Sequence record: PP456877.1
Length of the DNA: 64,000 nt
Direction: 5' to 3' (one strand)
Both the position numbers and the translations under genes were made by a program. A model generated the notes under the pieces. It searched no databases. It saw only the letters and a list, made by a program, of their open reading frames with translations, and was not told the DNA's origin. Below, in pieces: positions 36,705 to 47,904 of the stretch; the stretch's first letter is position 1; each line of letters begins with the position of its first letter.

Positions 36705-38585
36705 TTAGTACCAGGTACCCGGTGCATTATAGGAAGGAGCGCCGTAAGTTTGACCCATGCTGCCAGCCATGCCAACTTGTGCACTACCAGAAACAGCCAT
36801 GTTACCCATACCGGTGTAACCAGCGAAGCGCTGTTGACCGAAGTTGGTAATTAGGTTTTCCATGGTTACAGTTACACCAGCTGCTGCTGCTGCGGCATCC
36901 ATTGCAGTGATGAATTTCGGGTTAAAGGTTAGACGACGAGCACGACCAGTATAGGTAACGTTACCTAGGTACATCTTGTCGAAGCCTTTACTGTTATTCA
37001 TACGACGCACAATGTGGTCATTACCTACCTGAGTAGCATACCAGGTCTTCCACTCTTGGTCATTACCTTCAGACATGTTCATGGCACCTAGAACGTCAAG
37101 ATCACGACGGTCGCTTAGTTCGCCATGCTCATCAGTGTAGTGACCGAGGTCTACTTCATGATGGTTGTCAAAGATAATCGGACCAGCTTCAGCTAGGTTA
37201 TAGAACTGACGGAAATCAGTGCCGTATAGGTTAGTTAGAGCTTGGAAGATCAGGCTAACTGCACGAGCTTGGTTTACGCCACCAGCTGCATCTAGGATGA
37301 CTTGCTCAATAGCTGAGTTGTCGCCCATTGGATCGATATCGATCTGGAATGCAGGGTTCTGGTTAACCATCTTGTTCATTAGCATTACGAAGTTGCTGTC
37401 GTCTGCCATGAATGCTTCGGTGCGAGTTTCAATCGCTTTACCTAGCTCTGAGTAATAACCAAGTGCACCAATATCACGCATCTTGCTAGTAGCGATCTTC
37501 GGCATTAGGGTACGAGCCCATGCCTGGGATGCAGTTGCACGATACGCATTACCGAGTGCGAACAGCCACATTTCTAGAGTCCATGCTTGGATCCAGGATG
37601 CCTTACGAACGTCAGTGATAACGATGTAAGGAGTGAACTGCGGAGGTAGAGCTGCACCAGGTAGAGTTACGCCAAACATACCTTGTTGCTGGCCAGTGGT
37701 CGGAGTCCAATGTAGATCTACGAATAGACTAACTTGGTTTAGCTGACTATCGGTATCATAGAACTCGTTCTCAGGTACGTTGGTTTTCTTACCACGGCTA
37801 GTGGAGATGACCATGTCAGAACGGATCGGATTACCACAGCTATCTTTAACCGGAATACCATTGTAGTCTAGGTTGCAGGTAAGCTGTTCGTTTTCTGCTT
37901 TGATGTGGGTCGCAATAGAGAACGGAGTCTCATTGTTACGACGTGCAATAGCATCTTCACAGATGTTAACAGATTCAACTAGTAGGTTCTTAACAGCTAG
38001 TTCATCTTTGAAGTCGAAGTCAGCATACACTGCACGTGGACCGGCAGATAGTACTTCTAGACCAGGGATGTTGTAACGGTTCCGTAGGAACTCGCCGATC
38101 TTGCTCCAGTATTGAGCAGTGAATACATCACGCGGTAGTACCTTCTCTTCAATGATGTCATCAGTTAGACCATTGTTGATTTTGTGGGTACGGGGACGGA
38201 TGCGAGTACCAGGTAGGTTATCGAGTACTAGAGTACGAACGAATGCCTTCATGGAACCATTGATATCTTTAGCTAGTTTAACAATGAGTAGACCAGCCAT
38301 ACCCACTTGTTGTGCATCGCGATCGAAACGATGGATATCGAAGTCATCAGGTAGGTCCTGATGGCGGATTGCTTCTTCTTTTACTTTAGTGAATACTTGT
38401 AGGGCATCTGCTGAACGAGCATCAGAGCCATCTAGCCGACCAGAGCGACGCATTAGATGGTTAATGCCAGTAGTGGACCCAGGTGCGCCAGCCGGACGTT
38501 GAGCTTGACGTTGTGCAGTGGGTTGCGGAGCCGGAGCGGTAGCTTGAGTTTGAACGGTGCCGATTTCGTTTTCGTTAACAGCCAT
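36705..38585 (-). CDS. chmA: Chimallin, major phage-nucleus shell protein (phiKZ gp54)
   Basis: Recognised sequence and size (626 aa); position upstream of nvRNAP beta'; strong high-expression codon bias. Confidence 0.9.
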   Translation of the reverse strand: MAVNENEIGTVQTQATAPAPQPTAQRQAQRPAGAPGSTTGINHLMRRSGRLDGSDARSADALQVFTKVKEEAIRHQDLPDDFDIHRFDRDAQQVGMAGLLIVKLAKDINGSMKAFVRTLVLDNLPGTRIRPRTHKINNGLTDDIIEEKVLPRDVFTAQYWSKIGEFLRNRYNIPGLEVLSAGPRAVYADFDFKDELAVKNLLVESVNICEDAIARRNNETPFSIATHIKAENEQLTCNLDYNGIPVKDSCGNPIRSDMVISTSRGKKTNVPENEFYDTDSQLNQVSLFVDLHWTPTTGQQQGMFGVTLPGAALPPQFTPYIVITDVRKASWIQAWTLEMWLFALGNAYRATASQAWARTLMPKIATSKMRDIGALGYYSELGKAIETRTEAFMADDSNFVMLMNKMVNQNPAFQIDIDPMGDNSAIEQVILDAAGGVNQARAVSLIFQALTNLYGTDFRQFYNLAEAGPIIFDNHHEVDLGHYTDEHGELSDRRDLDVLGAMNMSEGNDQEWKTWYATQVGNDHIVRRMNNSKGFDKMYLGNVTYTGRARRLTFNPKFITAMDAAAAAAGVTVTMENLITNFGQQRFAGYTGMGNMAVSGSAQVGMAGSMGQTYGAPSYNAPGTWY

Positions 38586-38657
38586 TTTAAATACCTTTAC
38601 GATTATGGTTTCTTGATCAAGAAGAACCTAAGTACTTAGTATACTAGATTCAATTTA

Positions 38658-38681
38658 GTAATATAAATCTCAAATTTTTTT
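38658..38681 (-). promoter_or_regulatory. Early promoter of chmA
   Basis: AAAAAAATTTGAGATTTATATTAC. Confidence 0.75.
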
Positions 38682-38896
38682 CATTACAACATAGACGCTA
38701 TAATCTGCTATCAGCAGATCGTAACGAACACTATGTTCACTACATATTATTACAATCTGAGTATTATTTATTTTTCATCTTACAATTTCCATATCTTCTT
38801 TTTTGAGTTTATGGGTATAAAGTTTGAATCCAGAAACTAATTTACGTCAGTCCTGTATTAAATAATAACTATCAGTATTTTTATAAAATGCAGTTA

Positions 38897-39262
38897 TCAT
38901 TTACTTCGCATATACTTACGAACTGTTCCAAAAAGAGAATGATACAGTTTGTATAGTTTACTAACTGGATCAACTTTATTATTATCAGTTGTATCAAATT
39001 TAGCAATAAATGGTGAATGTGCCGAAGCAGATGTTTCATTTACTTTAACTACACTACCAAATCGATATGCGACTAATACCTTTATTAATTCCTCATGGAG
39101 TTTAGTAGCAGTTGCTAATGGATTGGGATCATTAGGATCTATCTTAATCCTACGCTCGACATTGAAAAAGTTTACTACAATTTCTTTGCTAGTCATGTAT
39201 ACAGTAAGATCTTTGTTATTACCTAAATATAGTGGCGGATCTTCAACATTATTTTTAGCCAT
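38897..39262 (-). CDS. Hypothetical protein
   Basis: 121-aa ORF with AGGA RBS. Confidence 0.7.
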   Translation of the reverse strand: MAKNNVEDPPLYLGNNKDLTVYMTSKEIVVNFFNVERRIKIDPNDPNPLATATKLHEELIKVLVAYRFGSVVKVNETSASAHSPFIAKFDTTDNNKVDPVSKLYKLYHSLFGTVRKYMRSK

Positions 39263-39304
39263 TGTATATTCCTATTTGTAATTACTACTGTTGTTACCAA
39301 ACTA

Positions 39305-39328
39305 TGATATAGATCTCAATTAATTTTT
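39305..39328 (-). promoter_or_regulatory. Early-type promoter
   Basis: AAAAATTAATTGAGATCTATATCA. Confidence 0.6.
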
Positions 39329-39343
39329 AATCGGATAATAACC

Positions 39344-40435
39344 ATGTATAATTTATTTAAGAATGCTCCGTCACGTAAATTGGGGCAGGTGGTTGATCCT
39401 AACATCCATTATATCCGACGAATCTACGCTGAGCAAATTAGGGACGTTAAAAGTTATTATAGACGGGCACCGAAGTATGTTGAATCTAAAAACATATTAG
39501 CACAAATGATTCGACATTTTAACGTAGAGTTACTAAGTGATGATGCTACTTTTATAAAGAACGTGGACGATCGTTCACGTGCTATTATTCGTTCATTTGG
39601 TATTACATCATCTTTAAATAAAGGTAAGGTTCATGTAGGTGGTGTTACACTTGGTCCTCAAACTGAAGAAGTTCTAGTATCCACATCAGAGAGCTTTGAT
39701 CTAAAAGATCTAAATAAAACATGGTATAAACTTTCCCCTGTTACGTATCTGTATCATACACGTACTGATACTAATTTACCTATCATGAACAATACCACAC
39801 AGGGTAGAGGCTATGGTGTAACTCTAGTAAATATACCAATGCTTCTTGTGATGTACCGTTACTGGTATCGATGGCAAGTTGAGAAGAATCCTGATGAAGT
39901 AGAAGACACTTATAGGTTTATAGGATCATTTGTATTGCCAAATATGGTTGACTCTTATTTAGATATTTCTTTCTTTAATAGGTTAGCAAGGAATGCTTTA
40001 GATATTAAAAATCCAACATTCCCTATACCGCATCCATTTTACATCACTGATATGAATCCACGTATTGATAAACTATGTACAACTATCAATAGAGAATCCA
40101 TATTAAAAGGTGTAGACATGGAAGGTTTATCATGGATAACACCAGCTATCGTACAATCTAATTTGTTCGATATGATGCGGCTCCCACGAGAACCTATTAA
40201 CAGGAATAATGAATGGGCTTATGTATTGGCTCGCACACCCTTCATTAAGTATCTTGTAGGGCAGCTTTTAAAGAATACTGGTTATGATCAATCTTCTGTT
40301 AACACTGTATTAATTGATCTTATAGAAGCATCTAATGATCAAGCATTTAAACAACAAGCAAATAGTGAGTTTGTAAAAGCTCAACAGGCACAAGTTGATT
40401 GGATGATAGATGCACTTAAAAGAAAAGAAATGTGA
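39344..40435 (+). CDS. Conserved protein, likely virion structural (gp52 position)
   Basis: Solitary + strand 363-aa ORF. Confidence 0.7.
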   Translation: MYNLFKNAPSRKLGQVVDPNIHYIRRIYAEQIRDVKSYYRRAPKYVESKNILAQMIRHFNVELLSDDATFIKNVDDRSRAIIRSFGITSSLNKGKVHVGGVTLGPQTEEVLVSTSESFDLKDLNKTWYKLSPVTYLYHTRTDTNLPIMNNTTQGRGYGVTLVNIPMLLVMYRYWYRWQVEKNPDEVEDTYRFIGSFVLPNMVDSYLDISFFNRLARNALDIKNPTFPIPHPFYITDMNPRIDKLCTTINRESILKGVDMEGLSWITPAIVQSNLFDMMRLPREPINRNNEWAYVLARTPFIKYLVGQLLKNTGYDQSSVNTVLIDLIEASNDQAFKQQANSEFVKAQQAQVDWMIDALKRKEM

Positions 40436-40470
40436 CATAAACCCCCTCCAATTTAGGAGGGGGTTATATG
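40436..40470. terminator. Bidirectional hairpin
   Basis: AACCCCCTCC-AATTTA-GGAGGGGGTT. Confidence 0.75.
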
Positions 40471-40478
40471 CCGTTTTA

Positions 40479-41201
40479 TTAGAAATTACCTTTCTTCATT
40501 TTAGAAAGTAATTTTCTACGTTCAGCTCGGTTAATTCCTGGGATAGCTGGTAATAGCATTTTATTACTAAACTTACCTGGCTTGCGGTCATGATTTAGTA
40601 ATTGATCAACTACAGCTTGGTCACTGCTTTTAACTCCATTATCCATTTCATCTAATGGGTCCATAATAGTTTTAGCAGTCAGTCTTAGATGAGTAACTAG
40701 TTCATCGAATGAACTATCAGTATTAATAAGTTGTTTATCAACACCTTCTTTAAGAGCTTGTTTAATAGTTACGTCTTTTACTAGAATATTATCACATTCC
40801 CAAAGAGTTGTATGATGGGTATTTAGCATTAATTCAAGTGAGACATTATTGTAATCGTTGTCAGCACTTGAGTGCCAATTGAATTCATCAATATAGTCAT
40901 TTAGACTCATTAACTTTGGTGGTTCGTTATTAGAGGTAATTAAACCAATTGGTTGAACATCATCTAGTGAACTTTTATCACTAGTAATTGCAGTTGTTTC
41001 AGTAGTAACATCAACTTCTTTTAATTCGTTGGTATAAGTTACATATACTAATTCTTCACTACCGTCATCCAAAAGAACATAGGCTGTTGCTTTGGTGGAA
41101 TCATCAGGTGCTAATCCATGGATCCTAATACGATTATCATTTACTAATTTACTATAATCATTCCAGGTAATTACGCGGACTTCTTTATTCTCTTTCATCA
41201 T
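40479..41201 (-). CDS. Hypothetical protein
   Basis: 240-aa ORF ending in NRAERRK, a SEC-C-like basic tail. Confidence 0.7.
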   Translation of the reverse strand: MMKENKEVRVITWNDYSKLVNDNRIRIHGLAPDDSTKATAYVLLDDGSEELVYVTYTNELKEVDVTTETTAITSDKSSLDDVQPIGLITSNNEPPKLMSLNDYIDEFNWHSSADNDYNNVSLELMLNTHHTTLWECDNILVKDVTIKQALKEGVDKQLINTDSSFDELVTHLRLTAKTIMDPLDEMDNGVKSSDQAVVDQLLNHDRKPGKFSNKMLLPAIPGINRAERRKLLSKMKKGNF

Positions 41202-41394
41202 TAGTTACCTCTTTTAATTTGTCTTTAATATAACTTCGGATAAATGCTCGTTTTTCTTCACGAGTTAACCCAGGTGGAGCGGTTGGTAATGTGATAGTAC
41301 CACTGTTAATTGCCTTCTTCATCCGATCTAAGTCAAAATTAAATTCGGTATGATTTGTCATTATATTGAACCATATTAAGTTAGTAATTGGCAA
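41185..41394 (-). CDS. Small hypothetical protein (start probably MTNHT)
   Basis: Overlaps the next gene; downstream of a promoter motif. Confidence 0.55.
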   Translation of the reverse strand: MPITNLIWFNIMTNHTEFNFDLDRMKKAINSGTITLPTAPPGLTREEKRAFIRSYIKDKLKEVTNDERE

Positions 41395-41398
41395 TCAG

Positions 41399-41424
41399 AC
41401 TATATAAATCTTAATTATTTTTTA
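41399..41424 (-). promoter_or_regulatory. Early-type promoter
   Basis: AAAAAATAATTAAGATTTATATAG. Confidence 0.5.
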
Positions 41425-41426
41425 GT

Positions 41427-41456
41427 ATATAAGCCTCCCACTAGGGGAGGCTATAT
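41427..41456 (-). terminator. Hairpin after DNA polymerase gene
   Basis: AGCCTCCC-ACTAG-GGGAGGCT. Confidence 0.7.
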
Positions 41457-41459
41457 TTC

Positions 41460-43655
41460 TTAATAGAAGTCAGAGATGAGTCGATCGTTATTTTTATCAA
41501 TAAGGAAAATACCTAGGGACTCTAAGGTTAGATAGAATACACCCATAGTGTTTCCAATGATTGTTCTAACGTCAGCAACACGCGTAATAACTTCTGGAAT
41601 ACGACCAGTTTCTACTACTGTACTAGGAATATGGAAATCACCAATACTGGTTTTATTTTCTTCAGTAACCCATGCTTGAATACGAGCAGCTAATTTCTTA
41701 TCTTCGATACCATCAATCCATTCTTTGATCGCAGTTTTATTATTAAGAGTAACTGAGATCTTTACATGTGAATAAGGTGGATCACCAGCTTCACCAAATG
41801 ACGGAGCAAATACAGTCTTCCACACCAATCCCTTTTTATGAGTTGAGTTATCTTCAGATTTATAAGATTCAGGTCGTTTAGTTTGACCACTTGTAAGATA
41901 CTCGGCTTTACCACTTCTAACAGACTCAATAATTTCTCTTTCGATATTACCGGCTTCTTTTAGAATTGAAGCTAAGTCGATTTTCTCTTCAGCCTTTACC
42001 GTCTTAATAATATCTTCCATGAGTTTTTTAGCACGACTATTAATCTTCTTAGGTACTTTACTATCCCTTAGCCCCACGCCTTTAATCTCCATCCGAGATT
42101 CATTAAACATCACCCCTTCTTGGGCATCCTGTGATGCAAAGTAATGTTTAGAACGAGTAGTTAAGGCCAGTACTGCGAAATAAAATTCGTTCTTCATTGC
42201 AAATAGACGAAGCTTATCTTTAGATACACCCATATTAGCGGATTGAATCGCTAAGATATGCATAACTACTTCAGATACTAGAAACACTAGTGCAAATACT
42301 AGTCGTTTAGCTTCATTGCTAAAAGTTACTTTACCAAAGAATTCCTCAACCCACCATTGTAATGTAAACATAGTGGAGTCAGTATCTGAAATAACAGCAG
42401 CTCGCCTATATACCGTTGGAAAAGCATGAATACTTGATGGTACACATTTAGTCAAGAAGAAAGCTTCAATCAATAGACGATATTCATTAAGAGTTTCAGC
42501 GATATTTCGACCAGTTGCAAAAATTTGATTCAGTGTATCTGGATCAGATTCTTTTAGTTTAGCTTTAGATCGACCTTTAACAGTATCAAAGCAAATAAAG
42601 CTAGCCAAAAGATCCATATCACCATCATAAGTTGAATATTCTTCTTCAGTGATGATTTGTTCTTTTGTTCCAACCTGGCTTAATTTAATTAGAAAGCTCT
42701 TGATTAATTCTTTATTGTATTTATATAAGTGATATAGATCACCTACATACATAACTGCTGCTCGTTCGACTGGTGTCATCCCAGTAGCTAGTTTTAAAAT
42801 CTGTGCCGTGTAATACTTATTTTGCCAATAGTGTTTAGTTGAATAAAGAACCATATCAACTACTTCTTCTGGCGTTGGGCAATGTAGATTAAAATTAGTT
42901 ACTGCTTTTTGAATTAACTCCATATCAGCTACATTAATAATATTTACTAAATTAGCTTTTGTGATTTCCGGAGTATAATAATGCCTATTACCCATAATGA
43001 ATTTTTCATTATTTGAGTTAGCATAAGAGGTACCAGTTCTACAAGTAGATGTTAAACTAGAGTGTGTGGACTTATAATAAAGAATAGTGGCAGCAGATAC
43101 CGTACCTCCTGAATATGAGTTATTGTTAATTTTGAAGTTTTCTTGTTCACCTTTACGTACTTGTGCAAGTTCTGTTTTAATTTGTGAATTCTCTTTATCG
43201 CCGGCCTGTAGGAAAGCAGCTGCTTCACGTTCAGCCTGCATCTGCTCACCTTTAACACGCTTACGGTTTTTCACACCTTCAGCAATATAGATGGAGTGCG
43301 TCGACTGTCTAACAGACTCTGGTAAATATGCGGTCATTGATGGAGATAATAATAGATTCTGTTTCTTAACACGGTTAAGGAAAGCCATAAATGAAACAGT
43401 CTTTAATTCCCTATCACCAAACTTATTTTTATCTAGGATAGTTGCTACTGGGTTACGAAGTGCATATTCGCCATTTTGACGTAATTGTTCTTTAACAAAT
43501 TCTTTACATTCTTCTAAACTAATATTTAATTCATCTTTTGTCATTAATTGAAGATATTTGGCATTATCATCAAGACATGCATTAATGATATCAATATCAC
43601 GATGGTAATCATTGACATCTTTTAAAAACGGATTTGGTTGGGCAAATGCGGTCAT
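41460..43655 (-). CDS. Split family-B DNA polymerase, motif B + C half (phiKZ gp50)
   Basis: Motif B KINNNSYSG; motif C SDTDS. Confidence 0.85.
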   Translation of the reverse strand: MTAFAQPNPFLKDVNDYHRDIDIINACLDDNAKYLQLMTKDELNISLEECKEFVKEQLRQNGEYALRNPVATILDKNKFGDRELKTVSFMAFLNRVKKQNLLLSPSMTAYLPESVRQSTHSIYIAEGVKNRKRVKGEQMQAEREAAAFLQAGDKENSQIKTELAQVRKGEQENFKINNNSYSGGTVSAATILYYKSTHSSLTSTCRTGTSYANSNNEKFIMGNRHYYTPEITKANLVNIINVADMELIQKAVTNFNLHCPTPEEVVDMVLYSTKHYWQNKYYTAQILKLATGMTPVERAAVMYVGDLYHLYKYNKELIKSFLIKLSQVGTKEQIITEEEYSTYDGDMDLLASFICFDTVKGRSKAKLKESDPDTLNQIFATGRNIAETLNEYRLLIEAFFLTKCVPSSIHAFPTVYRRAAVISDTDSTMFTLQWWVEEFFGKVTFSNEAKRLVFALVFLVSEVVMHILAIQSANMGVSKDKLRLFAMKNEFYFAVLALTTRSKHYFASQDAQEGVMFNESRMEIKGVGLRDSKVPKKINSRAKKLMEDIIKTVKAEEKIDLASILKEAGNIEREIIESVRSGKAEYLTSGQTKRPESYKSEDNSTHKKGLVWKTVFAPSFGEAGDPPYSHVKISVTLNNKTAIKEWIDGIEDKKLAARIQAWVTEENKTSIGDFHIPSTVVETGRIPEVITRVADVRTIIGNTMGVFYLTLESLGIFLIDKNNDRLISDFY

Positions 43656-43826
43656 TTCACATATCTCTCAGTATACTTATTTTTAATTATAGTGAATGAT
43701 TTCTCTCTCTTTAACTAAAAAAGAAAAGGAAAGAATGGGTACCCTATACGGGCACCCTAAATTGAGAGGTAGCACATCAACTTACATTCACATTAGATGA
43801 TGTAAGCAAGTAAAAATAATACAACA

Positions 43827-43852
43827 TAAAAGGAGCCATTATGGCTCCTTTA
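43827..43852 (-). terminator. Hairpin
   Basis: AAAGGAGCCA-TTA-TGGCTCCTTT. Confidence 0.6.
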
Positions 43853-43855
43853 TAG

Positions 43856-44281
<426 letters not shown>

Positions 44282-44306
44282 CTAAAATAGTTGGTTACAT
44301 AGGGTA

Positions 44307-44690
44307 TTACTCATCTAGTAATACAACTACACCAAACAGACCTTTTGTATCCATTGGCACTGTAATTAATACATGTCCATTTGGATATTTTTCTTTAAAG
44401 CTATTGATAAAGTCGGTACAATATTCAATAACATATCCTTTAGTAGAATAATTCTCTAACTCAATATCTTCGTCAGGATCATCAAATGAGTCATGTCCAT
44501 ACATCAGCATATGGATATATATGTCATTATTAAGCGTATCCATATAACTTAACTTACGTGATTCTTCAAATAAATCAAGTGGTGTTGGACAATCTGGATA
44601 TATCATTCGTTTTGTATATTCACGAAGCAAATGTTGCGAATATATTTCTGACTCTTTAGATTTAAATACGATAAATACTCGTTTTTCCAT
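44307..44690 (-). CDS. Hypothetical protein
   Basis: ORF with AGGA RBS. Confidence 0.7.
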   Translation of the reverse strand: MEKRVFIVFKSKESEIYSQHLLREYTKRMIYPDCPTPLDLFEESRKLSYMDTLNNDIYIHMLMYGHDSFDDPDEDIELENYSTKGYVIEYCTDFINSFKEKYPNGHVLITVPMDTKGLFGVVVLLDE

Positions 44691-44762
44691 ATCGGTTCCT
44701 AGTAGGAAGCCTATGTGAACCGATAGGCTTTCCTATTTACGTCAATTGTTAATATGTGTCAC

Positions 44763-45299
44763 TTAATCCACATCATTGTAGCAGTCCATACCAAAGTCTT
44801 CACCTTCTAGAATATAACCTTGATTATGTTGATCAACTGCTATTGATTGGATTCTTTCTACACCATATCCATTCTGATAAAGATACGCTATTTCAGATTG
44901 TAGTTTACTAGCCAGTGTTTTACACACAGCTGCAAACCACATATTAAGAATACTCAATGCATATTTATCTTGCATAATCACAGGCGCTACTGATGGAAAG
45001 TATTCTTGTAAATAATAGTCAACCCCTATAATTGGTTGAGTAGGCTGTTGTGCTAGAAATTCAATATATGCATTAATCGCCTGATACCATAACTGTTCTA
45101 TAGATTGGTGTTCAGTATATGGGTAAGGAGTATTGTAAGACTTATTGACAACTACATCAGCCATTTTATTAACAATGGGCCAGATATCACTGATGTTAAT
45201 AACTACGAAACTCGTCATTCCTTGTTGGCCTGGAGTTATGTTATTAGCATCATTTATCCGCTGCATTTCTTGTTGTCTATAAAGAAGTGGATGCATCAT
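44763..45299 (-). CDS. Hypothetical protein
   Basis: ORF, ATGA-coupled to the upstream gene. Confidence 0.7.
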   Translation of the reverse strand: MMHPLLYRQQEMQRINDANNITPGQQGMTSFVVINISDIWPIVNKMADVVVNKSYNTPYPYTEHQSIEQLWYQAINAYIEFLAQQPTQPIIGVDYYLQEYFPSVAPVIMQDKYALSILNMWFAAVCKTLASKLQSEIAYLYQNGYGVERIQSIAVDQHNQGYILEGEDFGMDCYNDVD

Positions 45300-45730
45300 G
45301 TTTGAGACCTCATAACTAATTTAGTTACCATCTTATATTTATCTACTTCTATACATTTAAGACTAGTAATAAGATTACCTGCTTGAATAACTTGTTTTTG
45401 GATTATCTCTAAGAAATCAGTTCCAAATAAATCCAATACCCTTTCGATAATCTCAGCAGATCTTAAGTGCCAATTGATAGTATTAGGATTTCCCTGATGA
45501 TCAAATACCATCATGCTCATCGGTCTATCTGGTTCTATATAGGTATCGCTTAAGTAATCTTCTAACCATTGCTCTAAAAAGGTAGGCCAATCTAATCTCT
45601 GCCAGTGGTTAAAGTATTCTACATATGCTGCTAGAAGTCTATTGATACACCACAGTACAAAGTCAGTCGGTTCATCTACACCTAGCTCTTCCGTAAAAGA
45701 ACGCGGTTTCAAAATTAGCAACAATTGCAT
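45296..45730 (-). CDS. Hypothetical protein
   Basis: ORF in an overlapping array. Confidence 0.7.
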   Translation of the reverse strand: MQLLLILKPRSFTEELGVDEPTDFVLWCINRLLAAYVEYFNHWQRLDWPTFLEQWLEDYLSDTYIEPDRPMSMMVFDHQGNPNTINWHLRSAEIIERVLDLFGTDFLEIIQKQVIQAGNLITSLKCIEVDKYKMVTKLVMRSQT

Positions 45731-46187
45731 ATTGACTCCACTCTTTACCAGTGACTATAGTTAATAGAACAACTTTGTTATCTATTACACTAATGAACTT
45801 ATAGTCTATTAAATTCTTCGGTGTTCTATGTAGTAATTGGATTCCAGTTGTATAGAACAAATTAATGAACTCATCCCAATCTGGACCATTTCCTAGTTGT
45901 ATTGATATATCCACAAAAGGAATAACCGTATTATCCTGTTGTAATTTAGACATCATCTTAACAACCCATTGAGTTAATAAGACGATGGCTGTAGCTTCAT
46001 CCTTATTTGTTAGGTAAGTAAATTTCTTTATCAATGTGATTAATTGTGGGAATACCACTTCGATTGGCAATACATATACCAGACGTTGTACTTCCTCCGA
46101 TGTACAATCCATCTCGTGCTTCTGTCTCATACCACAGTTCCTTAGTATTTGTTGGAATGAGGTGCATGATCTGCTCAGCGCCCTCAT
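45672..46187 (-). CDS. Hypothetical protein (true start probably downstream of 46187)
   Basis: ORF in an overlapping array. Confidence 0.6.
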   Translation of the reverse strand: MRALSRSCTSFQQILRNCGMRQKHEMDCTSEEVQRLVYVLPIEVVFPQLITLIKKFTYLTNKDEATAIVLLTQWVVKMMSKLQQDNTVIPFVDISIQLGNGPDWDEFINLFYTTGIQLLHRTPKNLIDYKFISVIDNKVVLLTIVTGKEWSQYAIVANFETAFFYGRARCR

Positions 46188-46455
46188 CGAGAAGTTCTAT
46201 TAGTTTATGCATGAAATGAATGTCTTTAGCATATTCATAGAACATTTCTTCTTTAACGACCATTTGCATAAGCTTCTGTTCTGCCAATGCAACAAGCAAA
46301 TGCATTGCTTCGATATAACTAATATCTAAAAAGTCCAATACAAATCTTAGATAGTTATCATCTTTAATAAGTTTACTTTTAGTCGCTCTTAGTAAAAAAC
46401 GAGGTTGTGGTGTGGGTAATGGTGACGTATAGATCTTCTGGTTTCTCAGTATCAT
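46003..46455 (-). CDS. Hypothetical protein
   Basis: ORF in an overlapping array; start uncertain. Confidence 0.6.
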   Translation of the reverse strand: MILRNQKIYTSPLPTPQPRFLLRATKSKLIKDDNYLRFVLDFLDISYIEAMHLLVALAEQKLMQMVVKEEMFYEYAKDIHFMHKLIELLDEGAEQIMHLIPTNTKELWYETEARDGLYIGGSTTSGICIANRSGIPTINHIDKEIYLPNK

Positions 46456-46768
46456 AAATAACCCTATTTAACTGGATGTTACCAGCTGATGGTAGAACTA
46501 CCCGGTTAGAACAATTATACAGATAAGTTGTTAAATTAATATCACAAATATCCCTATAACCCAGCATCTGATTAATTAGTTCTATGACATCATTAGATGT
46601 GCTACCCGATGCCCTCTCAGACGCTGCTGCCAATACAATTGTTAATGCATATTCTGCACCAATACTATTTTTTATAGATTTCCAAATATCAGAATGTTGA
46701 TCTTGTACAAAAGATCTTACTTCCATTCTGATACACATTGATGTGTCTTTATCATTAGATATGTTCAT
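46379..46768 (-). CDS. Hypothetical protein
   Basis: ORF in an overlapping array. Confidence 0.65.
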   Translation of the reverse strand: MNISNDKDTSMCIRMEVRSFVQDQHSDIWKSIKNSIGAEYALTIVLAAASERASGSTSNDVIELINQMLGYRDICDINLTTYLYNCSNRVVLPSAGNIQLNRVIYDTEKPEDLYVTITHTTTSFFTKSD

Positions 46769-46789
46769 TATAAAAACCTTATAATCGGT

Positions 46790-46817
46790 ATAAAGCCCCC
46801 CATAAGGAGGGCTTTAT
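46790..46817 (-). terminator. Hairpin
   Basis: ATAAAGCCC...GGGCTTTAT. Confidence 0.65.
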
Positions 46818-47891
46818 TTAGTATAGATTATTTTCTAAAATGTATCGCTCAGCTTGCGCTCGCTGATCATCAGGTAAATAATCACCACGTTGATATTCAA
46901 ATACTAATTTCTCAATAGGATAAGTTGCATTCTTATTCTTGTATACAGAAATTACATAGCTATGATACTCTAGTTCATACTTAACGTCATGCTCAATTCT
47001 GGTTGAAAAATATGCCATGTTAATAGAACTAACTAGAGGGCTAATATATTTCTCTTCAAATAGTAATAAATTATCAAGTCCTAAACTTGCAAAGAAATCA
47101 TGGTTAACCTTAGGTATTAGATAAGATACTTTAATATTACTATATTGTTTAACAATTACACCAATAAGTAATGCAGTTAACTGTTCTTGAATATATTCTA
47201 CTGCGATGTTATATGCATGGTTAGTGGTGATGTGGTCTTTATTTAAAGTATAGCTACCACCATTAGCAAGAGATAGCTGAGTTTTACGCCTAGATTCGTA
47301 GATACTATAACCTAATGTTTGTAAATTAATTCTGTCAAAGCCATGGAAGAATGTACGGAGAAATTCACTAAATAAATAGTTTAATGGGTTCAGTAGGTTA
47401 AGTGATACCACTGCATGATCATCACCATTATCAATCCCATGGACACGATCATATTCCGCGATACGATAATCTTTGCCACTGATTAAAGTTATAACTGAAC
47501 CAGCTTTAACTACATCCCATTGGATCCATGTACCGCTATCGATATATTTTGCTACTTGCTTATAGATATCTAGATAGATAGTTTCTAGATAAGGTAGTTT
47601 CATTAGATTTTCTACCCAAGCAACTTTATTACTATCTACGTCAGTTACAGCACAATTAAAAATAGCTGCTGCCATCTTAAGATTGGTGTACTGGTCTTTG
47701 GCTGTTTTATATGAAACTAAACTCTCTACTATATTTTCAACCATTAGATGTAAAAACTGTTGAGCCACATCTTTACTCAATTTCACCCCAATCGCTTCAT
47801 CAATTGAAGCTGAAGCTGTAAGCTGACCTAGTAAATCGTATATTGCTTTTTCTTGGTGGCGTGTATCAAGTACAATGAGCTTATTCGACAT
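46818..47891 (-). CDS. Hypothetical protein
   Basis: 357-aa ORF with GGAG RBS. Confidence 0.75.
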   Translation of the reverse strand: MSNKLIVLDTRHQEKAIYDLLGQLTASASIDEAIGVKLSKDVAQQFLHLMVENIVESLVSYKTAKDQYTNLKMAAAIFNCAVTDVDSNKVAWVENLMKLPYLETIYLDIYKQVAKYIDSGTWIQWDVVKAGSVITLISGKDYRIAEYDRVHGIDNGDDHAVVSLNLLNPLNYLFSEFLRTFFHGFDRINLQTLGYSIYESRRKTQLSLANGGSYTLNKDHITTNHAYNIAVEYIQEQLTALLIGVIVKQYSNIKVSYLIPKVNHDFFASLGLDNLLLFEEKYISPLVSSINMAYFSTRIEHDVKYELEYHSYVISVYKNKNATYPIEKLVFEYQRGDYLPDDQRAQAERYILENNLY

Positions 47892-47904
47892 TATATTTCT
47901 CCAA

